From Chiloscyllium plagiosum (lineage: Eukaryota), in NCBI RefSeq assembly GCF_004010195.1, contig NC_057720.1, positions 12,944,932-13,008,931 on the forward strand: DNA of 64,000 bases, read 5' to 3'. The notes below the pieces were generated by a model, which did no database searches, had not been told where the DNA came from, and saw nothing but the letters and a program-made list of their open reading frames with translations. This document shows, one piece after another, positions 13,511 to 24,760 of this stretch. Numbering within the stretch: position 1 is the first letter of the stretch; each line of letters begins with the position of its first letter. The translations under genes and the position numbers were made by a program.

Positions 13511-14225
13511 GAAAGCAGTTCATCCACTTCGCCTACAATGTCCACCTCGCCCTCAAATTCATTTGGTCCATCTCGGACACCTTCCTCCCCTTCCTTGACC
13601 TCACCATTTCCATCTCCAGCGACAGTCTCCAGACAGACGTGTTTTTCCTCCCTCAAAATCCAAACAGTCCTCCACCACACTACCTCCATTCTCTGTTCCA
13701 CTGCTCTACACATCCCCTCCAATGCAATAAAGACGGAGCCCCCTTGTCCTCACCTACCACCCGAGTCTCGGCATCCAACACATCACTCTTAAATAGTTCT
13801 GTCAACTTCAACTAGACTTCACCACCAAGAACATCTTCTCCCTACCCACCCTTCTCTGCCTTCCGCAAGGACCGTTCCCTTCGACAGTCCTTGGTTTACA
13901 TCACTCTCCCCACCAAACCCCCAGGTACCTTCCCCTCCAACTGGAAAAGATACAAAACCTATTGGTACACTCCCCCACCCTCTCACCTCCATCCAGGGCC
14001 GCAAACAATCCTTCCAGGTGCTCTCGATGTGATCTTCTCTACATCAGGGAGACCGAATGTAAACTTAGGGAATGGTTTTCCCAGCATCACAGCTGGGTCC
14101 GCAGGGGCTGACTGGACCTCCCAGTCACTGCCCATTTCAATTCCCCCAACCACTCCCTTTCTAACATGACCATCCTTGGCCTCCTCCATTGCCAAAATGA
14201 ACGACAATGCAAATTGGAGGAACAA

Positions 14226-14556
14226 CATGGCTCACTGGTTAGCACTGCTGCCTCACAGCACCAGGGCCCCAGTTTCAATTCCTGCCTTGGGCGACTATGT
14301 GTGTGGATTTTGCACATTCTCCCCGTGGCTGCGTGGGTTTCCTCCGGGTGCTCCGGTTTCCTCCCACAATCCAAAAAGATGTGCAGGTCAAGTGAACTGG
14401 CCATGCTAAATTGCCCATAGTGTTAGGTGCTTTAGTCAGAGGTAAATAGTTGTTAGGGGAGTGGGTCTGGGTGGGTTACTCTTCGGAGGGTCAGTGTGGA
14501 CTTGTTGGGCCAAAGGGCCTGTTTCCATACTGTTGTGAATCTAATCTAATCTAATC
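14226..14556 (+). mobile_element. V-SINE (HE1-like)
   Basis: tRNA-like head, V-domain core, (AATCT)n tail. Confidence 0.85.
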
Positions 14557-14726
14557 TTCCACCTAGGAAGCCTACTTGGAGGTCTCAACATTGAATTCTC
14601 TAATTTCAAATAACTTCCCTCTCCCTTCACAGCCCCTCCCCTGTCCTTCCACTGCTCCCTACCACCAACCGGATTCGTTCCTCCCATTGGCCAACCAGGT
14701 TGTACCCTCTACTCGTCTTCACCTAT

Positions 14727-14950
14727 GAGAAAGTGAGGATTGCAGATGCTGGAGTTCAGAGTTGAGAGTGTGGTGCTGGAAGAGGACAGCAGGTCAGGAA
14801 GCATCCAAGGAGTGGGAGAATCAACGTTTCGGGCAAAAGCTTTTCTTCAGGAATGCCTGATGAAAAGCTTCTGCCTGAAGCGTTGGTTCTCCTGCTCCTC
14901 GGATGCTACCTGACCTGCTGTGCTTTTCCAGCACCACACTCTCAACTCTG
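14727..14950. mobile_element. Palindromic element with two inverted hammerhead-like cores
   Basis: Arms about 14758-14851 and 14856-14950; CTGATGA at 14857 (+) and CTGAAGA...GAAAC on the minus strand. Confidence 0.75.
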
Positions 14951-15880
14951 TGTTCACTAATCCCCATTTCACCACCTGTCCCCGCCACCCCCTTTATCTG
15001 CAGCTCCTCCCCAGACCCACTCCCAGACCTGAAGAAGGGTCACACCCAAAATATTGACTGCTCCATTTCCTGATGCTGCCTGGCTTGCTGTGTTCTTCCA
15101 GCCTCCTATCTGTCTAATCTGGCTCATCGTGTCAGTGCAAGTTTGTTGTAACAGCAAATAACTTTGTCCACTCTGTTATCTGTTGGCTGTGCATGGAAGG
15201 TTGTAATTAGACACAAGTTGTTGTTATTCTCCATAGGAGCATAAGACATAGCAGCAGAAATTGGGCCATTCGGCCCATCGAGTCTGCTCCTTCATTCCTC
15301 CCAGCGACCAGGCCTCCCTGTTCAATTCCTATCCATTTCAATTCCCCCAATAACTCCCTTTCCAACACGACCATCCTTCATCTCCTCCATTGCCAATACA
15401 AACCACAGCTCCTAATGGATGAACAACACCTCATCTTCTTCCTGGACACCCTACAGCCTGAAGGACTCAACATTGAGCTCTCCAATTTCAAATAACCTCC
15501 CTCCCCATCCCCTCACTCCCTACCCAGCCCCTCCCCATCACTGCCACTGCTCCCTGCTACCAACCGTATTCATTTCTCCCAGGTCGTAGCCTCTCAATAT
15601 CTTCACCCTATTCCCACTTCACCACCCTGCCCCCGCCACCCCCTTCATCTGCAGCTCCCCACCACACCCACTCCCCCCCCTCCCCATTCCTAAGAAGGGG
15701 TTACACCCGTAACATTGACTTCTGCACCTCCTGGCTTGCTGCGTTCTTCCAGCCTCCTGTCTGTCTAATCCAGCTCATTGTGTCAGTGTGAGTTTGCTGT
15801 AACAGGAATTGTTCACTCTGTTATCTGTGCATAGACAGAGTCTGTTCCATCATTCAATCTTGGCTGATAAATTTCCTGAA

Positions 15881-16815
15881 TGATTAGATTAGATTACAGT
15901 GTGGAATCAGGCCCTTTGGCCCAACAAGTCCACACCGACCCGCCACCCACCCAGACCCATTCCCCTTCACCTAACACTACGGGCAATATTAGCATGGCCA
16001 ATTCACCTAACCTGCACATTTTTGGACTGTGGGAGTGTGAGAAACAAAAGCTCACTCACTTTAATAATTTCAGTCCGAGACCAAAAATCTGAAACAGAGT
16101 TGTTTATTTGTACACTTGCAAGTGGGTGCCATGTCTAATGCCAGGTAAGGCAATGACAAATGCACACCAAATCCAACAAGCTCTCGAAATTTATACAGTT
16201 TTTTCCCATATGTTTTCCTTATTCCATTGTTTGCCCCCATCCTCCGCTTACGTCATTCATTTCCTTAAGACTGATCCCACAACTTCTGTTTATCCGGCCT
16301 TGTCCGTGACAAATGTCTATCTCTGCCTCCTATAAGGTTGTTTGACGTCATCCATTTGCTTACCATTATCTCCTCCCTCCATCTGCTCTGCCCCTCACAG
16401 CATCTTATCACTAAGCCCTTTTAATTGGGGTTTGTTCCTGTGTCTCTGTACGAGTGGGAAACAGATGTTTTTCCTGTTTGCCCATATATCCACCATTGTT
16501 CTGTGATCACGTCTCATGCTAACATACCATTTTCTTTAACGGATTATATGTTTCCTCATTTTTGCTAAGTCAGCTCTCGTCCAAAACAATCCCAAACTAA
16601 TGTGAATTCATTTACTCTGTATCAGAACTTATAATTGCAGAAATAACATTAATTCACCTATGTCCTACAGGACGAAACCGGAGCACCCAGAGGAAACCCA
16701 CACAGACACAGGGAGAATGTGCAAACTCCACACAGAGAGTCGCCTGAGACGGGAATTGAACCCGGGTCTCTGGTGCTGTGAGGCAGCAATGCTAACCACT
16801 GTGCCACCATGCTGT
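15881..16815 (-). mobile_element. V-SINE split in two by an LTR insertion
   Basis: Halves 15881-16035 and 16674-16815 rejoin as GACTGTGGGAG|GAAACCGGAGCACC, as in the intact copy at 22935-23238. Confidence 0.85.
16036..16669 (-). mobile_element. Solo LTR, 634 bp
   Basis: TGTGAGA...TCCTACA termini; TSD GGAG/GGAC with one mismatch; minus-strand TATAAA (16190-16195) and AATAAA (16103-16108). Confidence 0.75.
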
Positions 16816-17423
16816 CTCACCCCATTCTGCTGCTTTCTTCTCGTAACCCTTGATCCCCTTTACAATCAAGAATCTATCTATCTCTATCAGGAAGTTATCC
16901 TGAGACGTTAACTCTGATTTCTCCCCATAGATGGTGCTGGACCTGCTGAGCCTTTCCAGCAATTTCTGTTTCTGATTTCCAGCATCCGCAGTTCTTTCAA
17001 TGTTTATTTTGCTGTTGTTATGCCTAGGGGTTGCTAAATGACCGTGGTCTTGCTATTTATGTAGAAGTGGGTACTGTTTATGTTGGAGATTAGAGTCAAA
17101 TTTAGAGTGGACCTGGAAAATCTTGGTTGTACTGACTGGTTAATCGAGGTTCCTGGGAGTTGATTGGTTGATTGACGGGTTGGGTGATGATTGGGTAATC
17201 CTGAGGAAGGGTTCTAGTTGTTTATTGGTTCGTCGTCTGAGGTGGACGCCCATTGGCTAATTTTCAGGCTGTACGACAGGCAGTGGATGACTGTCCAACT
17301 AGACACCGATTGGTTAATCCTCGGGCAGTTATTGGTTTCCCATTTTAGGGGATGATGATTGGGTTTCCCATTTTAGGGGATGATGATTGGTTCAACCCAA
17401 GTCAGAACAGCGGACGGTGAACC

Positions 17424-17706
17424 GATCGGTTCTCCAGCAGAAGGGGCGGTGATTGGTTAAGACTGAGGCATGATTCGGGATGGCGATTAGTTCTCCAGCA
17501 GAGGGGGCGGTGATTGGTTAAGACTGAGGCATGATTCGGGATGGCGATTGGTTCTCCAAAGGAGGGGGCGGTAATTGGTTAAGGCTGGAGCACGATTCGG
17601 GATGGCGATTGGTTCTCTAGCGGAAGGGGCGGTGATTGGATGACCCCGTGGGTGGACCCAGACTCGCGATTGGCCGGGCGGTGCGGAGGAGGGGCGGTGA
17701 TTGGCT
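17424..17706 (+). repeat. 61-bp tandem repeat, about 4.5 copies, in the promoter
   Basis: Units start at 17424, 17485, 17546, 17607 and 17668; units 1-3 are near identical (GATYRGTTCTCCA..GGGGCGGTGATTGGTTAAG..GATTCGGGATGGC). Confidence 0.93.
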
Positions 17707-17798
17707 GGGTCTGTTTGTTTGTGTGTTGGGCGGGGGTGTTGGGCGGGAGGCGGCTCGAGCCCCAGCCTGAGCCCGACACTGACACCGCTCGAGACGCC

Positions 17799-17861
17799 AT
17801 GGACTTCAACGTGAAGAAACTGGCGGCCGGAGCCGGCACCTTCCTCAGCCGCGCCGTCCAG
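17799..17861 (+). CDS. SH3GLB1: Endophilin B1 coding exon 1 (MDFNVKKLAAGAGTFLSRAVQ, amphipathic helix H0)
   Basis: Kozak gccATGG at 17799; peptide matches the endophilin B1 N-terminus; GT donor at 17862, phase 0; lies in a CpG-rich region. Confidence 0.97.
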
Positions 17862-18919
17862 GTAGAGGGCTTCATACAGGCCAGGCGGGGCGGGGGTGGC
17901 CGCTGAGGCCGAGTGGGCAAGGCCCAGCCCGAATGTGGACGTGTAGGTGTCGGTGGTGGTTTGACAGGCCCGGGGTCTGAGGCGGCCGTGCTGAGGGGTC
18001 ATGTAGGCCATCTCCCGCCCCAACTCCCCTTATCCCCGGTTGTAAAATGAGAAATAACAAGCTCCACTCGGTGCCAGGCGGCGCCCAGGCTCCCCCGGGG
18101 AGTGGGCACTCCCTCCCAGCCCAGCTCCTGGTGATGTTTCAGTGGAGTAAATTACTGGGTTTATCTCACTGGTGATTGTCTTTTCTTTTTGCTTTCAAAC
18201 TACACTCTTTCCATACTCTTGGCAGAGGAAAATAAACCTCTTCCCCTTCCCAGACCAAGGCATTTCCAATTCAGAATAGAAACAGAAAGCTCCTATTGTG
18301 TCTGGAAGGTTAATGTGGGGTGTAGTCACTCCTGTCAGATTCTCGAGAGACAATATATTCCCACCACACTTGGGACCTGTCTCTCTCTCTCTTGCTATCT
18401 GCAGCATTTTATTATTTTTGTGTTTGTGGATTTCCGTGCATTTCTGAGCTGAGGTTAGTGGCAAATTGAAAGTCGATGCTCCACATCGATTACCGGGCAT
18501 GGGAGATTGTCAGAAGTTCAGAAACTAGCGAAAACATCAAAGAGGGTGATGTTAGATTAAAGGTAAACTAGAGAGAAACTTAAAACCAGACATGTTGAGC
18601 TTCTGCAACTATGTAAAAAGGGAGCTAGTTGTGATGGTAAGCACTGGTTCCTTCTTGGATGAAGCTAGAAATTAATAATGGCAGAAATTTTGAACAAGTA
18701 ATTTGTATTTTTGTGGTAACGTACCTTAAGTGTGGACCAAAGGGAGAGAGGAATGTACTGATTTCACTAGAGAAAAACTGAAAGCTGACAAGTCTGTTGG
18801 TTTCTGATTGACTGCACCCACGGGTCATAACATGTGTCTCTCAATGGAGAAGGCAGTAGTGAGCTATTGTCTTTGGACAATTGTGGCCCTTTGGGTACAG
18901 GTATACCAGTGTTGTTCAG

Positions 18920-20800
18920 ATGGTCGTTTAGTGACACATTTGATGTAGATCCAAATCAGGATTGTGTGTGGCTTGGAGTGGGACTTGCAGGTGGTGATGA
19001 TCCTATGCATCATCTCCCCTTGTTCTTCTAGGCGGTAGAGTTCTCAGCTTTGGAAGATATTGTTGAAGGAGCCTTGGTGAATAACTGCAGTGTATCAGTA
19101 GTGGAGGGAGTGAAAGTTGAAGGTAGTGGATGGTACATCAGTCAGGTGGGCTGCTTTGCCCTGGGTCAGCTGCTTGCGTTGATGGAACTACAGATGTCCA
19201 GGCAAGTGGAGAATATTCCATCACTTTTATAACTTGTCTTGTCGATGATGGGCAGGCACTGGGAAACAGAAGGTGAGTTAATCACTGCAGAATTGCAAGC
19301 TCTGACCATCTCTTCTTGCTACGGTATTTACGTGGATAATTCAGTTTCTGGTCACTGTGTTGTTAGTGCGAATTTGAGATGGTAATGCCATTGAACGTCA
19401 AGGCACAGTGGTAAGATTCTTTTTGTTGGAGATGGCCATTACCTGGCACTTGTTTGGCACAAATGTTAGTTGCCACCTAATCCAAGCTTGGATGTTGTAC
19501 AGGTTTTGGTGTGTGAGGTCATGGACTGCTTCAGAATCTGAGGAGTCAAGGGTGATGCAGAACATTGTGCGATCTTCACCTAACATCTCCACTTGTCTTA
19601 ATATTTTCAGTCCTTAATGAGATATATGCATCTCTGGCTCAGCCAACATTTGTTGCCCGTCCCTTATTTGTCCAGAGGGAGGTTATGTCAGCTGTGTTGC
19701 TGCGGGTCTGGAGTCTCATGTAGACCAGACCAGGTAAGGATGGCAGATCTCCTTCCCTAAAGGACATTGTTAAACCAATATTCTTTCTTACAACAATTGA
19801 CAGTTGTTACATGGTTGTAAGTAGCCTAGAATCAGAGTTTTTATTTCTAGATTTTTCAAATTAAATTGAAATTTCACCATCTGCCATGATGGGATTTGAG
19901 CACACCTCCCCAGAATGTTATCCTGGGGTTCTGGATTACTCATCCAGTGATATGACTATAACATTATGTAAATAATGTTAAACATTCAATGGAAGGCATT
20001 AATGAAGCAGCTGAAGATGTTTGGGCCTTGGACACTTATTAGGAGGCCTATGTTCACATCCCATCTGCTTCAGAAGTGTGTAATAACATCCCTGATCAGG
20101 TTGATTAGAAAATAGCTACCCGGAAGATCTCCAGTGACGTTCTGTGGCTGAGATGATTGAGTTCTAAAAATCACAACAGTTTTTCTTTGTGCTAGGTGTG
20201 ACCCCAACCAGTGGAGAGGTTTCCTCCTGATTCCCATTGACTGTAGTTTTGGTGGGCTTTGTTGATATCTCATTTGGTCAAGGCGAGTCAGTCTCCCTCT
20301 TCTCTCTTATCAATGCCTGAAGCAAGGTTGTAATAAAGTCAGTAGCTGAATAGCATAGGCAGAATCCAAGCTGAGCAGGTTATTCCTTTGCAAGCACCAC
20401 TTGATAGTCTGTTGACAACCCCTTGCTTCATTGATGATTAAGAGTAAACTGATGGGGTATTAATTAACCCGGTTGGATATGTCCTGCTTTTTTGTACAGG
20501 TCATACTTGCACTTTTTTCCACATTTTATATAGTCATACAGGCCAGAAACAGTCCGTTCAGTCCAACTGTCCATACTGACCATAATGCCAACTAAACTAG
20601 TCCCACCTGCCTGCCCTCGGCCCATGTCCCTCAAATGTTTGGCAGGTTGTGAGTCTTGAAGTTGACCTGGAACAGTTTGACTAGGGGTGCAGCTAGTTCT
20701 GGAGCACAATCTTCCAGTTCTATTGTAAGAATGTTGTCAGGGCTCAAAGGCGCTTTGCACCATCTAGTGTCTTCGGCCATTTCTTAGTATTATGTGGAGT
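18920..20800 (-). mobile_element. Degenerate LINE of a second CR1/L2-clade family, with nested SINE fragments
   Basis: Minus ORF fragments WQLTFVPNKCQVMAISNK and KLQSMGIRRKPLHWLGSHLAQRK; related pieces at about 750-1110 and 9030-9290. Confidence 0.65.
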
Positions 20801-21349
20801 AAAATCATATTAACCTCATTAGTTATGTTAAGTTCAGTGAATTGAATTAACCTAATATCTGTTACTGCAAAAAATTTGGAATTCACAATTGAAGTTGCAG
20901 TGGTGCTTTTAGAAAATCAATGCAATCAGGCAGAGTCAACAAGTTTTATGAAAAACAAAGTTTATTGATTACTTTATCGATTGCCATAAGTTTTGAAATT
21001 GTTTGACACATTTGTTAGAGGTCTTTGAGATGTAACAGGCAGAACTGATAAATCCAGTGGATTGGGATTTCCAAAAGGCATTTGATAAGGTGCCACATAA
21101 AAAATTACCCACGACAAGAGTTCATGATGTTAGCATGGATAGAGGATTGGCAAACGAATAGGAAACAGAATTGGACTAAAGAGGCATCTTCCAGATGGCA
21201 AATGGTCAGTATTGGAGTATCACAAGGATCAGTGCTGTGACCTCAGATATTTAGTCTGTGTAATGACTTGGATGAAGGAATTGAATGTATTGTAACAAAT
21301 TTGCAATTTTTGTGAAGATTTGTGGCTGAGGTTGTGGTTCAGGTAGGAT

Positions 21350-21670
21350 CCTTACACGCAGATGATGAGGTACACCAGATCGACTGGGACAATACATCCA
21401 ATTGTGGGGCAGGCTAAATAAAGACACGCACAGGAATTCCTAGAGGCTGGAACTCCATCAACAAACACATCAATTTGGACCCCATTTACCAACTTCTCAG
21501 AAAAAGAACCGGAAGTTTATCACCCACCTTAACAGACCAAGACACACAAATAGAAAGCGGGACAGAACACCAGCGCTTAAACAGATGCTTGCTGATGATG
21601 TTACCCAGCATGTGACAAAACGTCTGAGAACAAATCTTCCAGCTCAGCGAGCAAACTTACAACATGAATT
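21350..21670 (+). mobile_element. Penelope-like 3' end with a hammerhead-like motif
   Basis: HQIDWDNTS..EFLEA..SINKHINLDPIYQ (GIY-YIG C-terminal type); CTGATGA-TGTTACC-cagca-TGTGAC-AAAAC-GTC at 21592-21624. Confidence 0.65.
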
Positions 21671-22329
21671 ACAAAGGTGGGTACACAAGCAAGTTGGAGG
21701 AAGACAGTCTACAAATAGATATAGATAGGTACACTGAGTAAACAACAGTAATAAGACAGTAACCTTGTTGCAAAGTTTAACACTGTGATTGGGTGGTGGG
21801 ACTTTGGTATCAGAGGTTCCATTGTATGGCTTTTCTTATTTGTATATTTTTGGAGATTTCTGAAATAATGTATATTCTCTAGCTGACAATTTTGTAGTAA
21901 ATAGTACAATGTATTCAAATTATTTTTGTTTTGTGATGTATGCCAACTGTTTGCTAATCAGCGAATGTCGTGCCATCTTTTTTGGTAATGACTAGGATGG
22001 GCGTGTTGTACTATTGCTGCTAAGGACCTTTGGTTCCCCCACTTAAGTTGATTACCTTCTTCAAACTAGAAGGTGGAAATCAATAGGTTAGTCTGCCATC
22101 ACTGACAACTTAAGATTCTCCATATGATGCGCTGATGCAGTCACTTGTTTGATTGTTGAGTCAAGTGAAATGGAATGCTGCCTTTTAAGAGTAAAGGTGG
22201 GTTGGGGTCTTTTAAGCAGCTTTCTCAACATTTGCTACCAGCTGCAGAAAGAACACACCACACCAATCAGAATTAGGTATATAAGCTTCACCAGGAATTC
22301 AAGAATTCACCTATGCGCATCAAAAAGAA

Positions 22330-24760
22330 GCACTCAGTCTCCTGTCATTGCTGAGTATTGCCACTTTGATGACAGGCTGTGCATTATTCATCATTCTTTT
22401 CCTTGACTTTTCTGCAACCTTTGAACATTTTACCACACAGATGCCTTACAGTTTGTCTTCTGTTTTGCGCAATTTGTCTTCTGCGTTGCACTGTTCGATA
22501 TTGTTTGGTTCAAGTTTTAGGTATTCAATAGACAATAGGTGCAGGAGTAGGCCATTCTGCCCTTCGAGCCTGCACCACCATTCATTATGATCATGGCTGA
22601 TCATCCTCAATCAGTATCCTCTTCCTGCCTTTTCTCCATAACCCTTGATTCCACTATCCCTGAGAGCTCTATCCAACTCTTTCTTAAACGAATCTAGAGA
22701 CTGGGCCTCCACTACCTTTTGGGGCAGTGCATTCCACACAGCCACCACACTCTGGGTGAAGAAGTTTCTCCTCATCTCTGTTCTAAATGGCCTACCCCTT
22801 ATTTTTAAGCTGTGTCCTCTGGTTCGGGACTCATCCATCAGCAGTAACATGTTTCCTGCCTCCAGAGTGTCCAATCCTTTAATAATCTTATACGTCTCCA
22901 TCAGATCCACTCTGTCTTCTAAACTCTTTTTTTTTATTAGATTACTTAGTGTGGAAACAGGCCCTTTGGCCCAATAAGTCCACACCGACCTGCTGAAGCG
23001 CAACCCACGCAGACCCATTCCACTACATTTACGTCTTCACCTAACACTACAGGCAATTTAGCATGGCCAATTCACCTAACCTGCACATTTTTGGATTGTG
23101 GGAGGAAACCAGAGCACCCGGAGGAAACCCACGCAGACACAGGGAGAATGTGCAAACTCCACACAGAGTCGCCTGAGGCGGGAATTGAACCCGGGTCTCT
23201 GGCGCTGTGAGGCAACAGTACTAACCACTATGCCGCCCAAGGGTATACAAGCCTAGTCGCTCCGATCTTTCCACATAGTCCCGCCATTCCAGGAATTGAC
23301 CTTGTGAACCTATGGGAGTCATTTATCACTACTTTGTTTCCTGTCAGCCAACCAATTTTCAATCCAAGTCAGTACTTTGCCCCCAATACCATGCGCTCTA
23401 CGTTTGCTCACTAACCTCCTATGTGGGACTTTTATCAAAGGCTTTCTGAAAATCCAGGTACACGACATCCACTGGATCTCCCTTGTCCATCTTAAGAGTT
23501 ACATCCTCAAAAAATTCCAGAAGATTAGTCCAGCATGATTTCCCTTCATAAATCCATGCTGACTCTGACCTATCCTGTTACTGCTATCCAGATGTGTCGT
23601 AATTTCATCCTTTATAATTGACTCCAGCATCTTTCCCACCACTGAGGTCAGACTAACTGGTCTATAATTTCCTGCTTTCTCTCTCGCTCCTTTCTTAAAA
23701 AGTGGTACAACATTAGCCACCCTCCAATCCGCAGGAACTGATCCTGAATCCATCGAACTCTGGAAAATAATCACCAATGCATCCATGATTTCTAGAGCCA
23801 CCTCCTTCAGTACCCTGGATACTTTTGACAGCAAGATATTTCTCTCGCAAAGGCTTCCCTTACCGCCCTAGAATTATTACTTCCAAAGTCTATCAGGATC
23901 TTTTTGCTTAATCGCTACCTCTTCCACACTTACCCTGCAACCCCTACAGATTGGGGCAGCCTCCACAGGTATGCTGATAATACCTGCATCTGCTATCTCT
24001 ATTGCTACCATCAGTACTTAAGCATTGTCAAGATGCTGGCTAGCCCATGCTGTCTTGATAAGTCAGGATTTCCTTCAGCTGCATTTTGCAAAGTGAATAT
24101 TCCTTGATGAAAACAGTCTTCAATCTTGACCACATAATTGTCCTTGCCATCGACTCCAATCTTCTGTCTGGCAACTGTCTCCTATTGCCGATTCTTTGCA
24201 ACTTCAGCATTCTCTTTGGCCCTGAGCTCTGAGTACTTACTATATCCATTATTCCAAATTCGCTGAAACACTCATCTGTTTCTGGACGCTTTGAGTTCCA
24301 GCTGTTCCTGGTCAATCTTAATCCTCCACTTTCCATAACTGTTAATATAGAATTTAGCTTGGTATGTTGTATTCCACTCCAAATCCTGGTCAGCTGTTTT
24401 CTTGCTGACCTGCTTTAGCTCTTGGCCCTCCTACCCTTCAGATTTAAAATTCTCCTTGTTGTCATAAAATCAGTTTATCTAGCCCCACACAATCTTCCAC
24501 CCACTCCCCACCCCCCAAATCCTCTGTTCATCCAATCCCTTCATCATGACAGCTGTGTCTTGTCAGCTATTCACCACGCACTCGATGTTTCTTCCCTAAA
24601 TTCCTGGTGCCTTTCCACCTTTTAATATGCTCCATAAAATGCTGCTATTTTTACCAAATTGGTCCTTTCCTAATACTTGAGGCTGGCATTCATCATTTTA
24701 CTTGTCCTTTCTGTGAAATGTCTTGGCATTTTCTACATTTATAAATGCAAGGTGTTGTTG
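22330..24760 (+). mobile_element. Old L2-type LINE remnant hosting a CR1 insertion
   Basis: LFLDFSATFEH (LDLSAAFD-like) and RYADNT (YADD-like) remnants on either side of the CR1. Confidence 0.6.
22525..23820 (-). mobile_element. CR1 LINE with a nested V-SINE (22935-23238, minus strand)
   Basis: DWRVANVVPLFKKG..GNYRPVSLTSVVGK and TRGHSLK motifs. Confidence 0.9.

Larger units (their letters stand above)
13515..15115 (+). mobile_element. Penelope-like element in the opposite orientation, interrupted by a SINE and a palindromic element
   Basis: Reverse-complement similarity to 12340-13510 (for example MTILGLLHCQNE). Confidence 0.8.
17130..18130 (+). promoter_or_regulatory. SH3GLB1: CpG-island-like TATA-less promoter with multiple inverted CCAAT (NF-Y type) and GGGGCGG (Sp/KLF type) boxes
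   Basis: The only strongly CpG-rich segment in the window; surrounds exon 1; 16 ATTGG copies between 17163 and 17704. Confidence 0.88.

Noticed and set aside
17424..17706. Regularly spaced repeats resembling a CRISPR array
   Set aside because: Eukaryotic context, spacers are copies of one another, no cas genes; it is a tandem promoter repeat
17487..18023. 178-aa minus-strand ORF and overlapping ORFs across exon 1
   Set aside because: By-product of high GC content and the 61-bp repeat; low-complexity peptide antisense to the real exon
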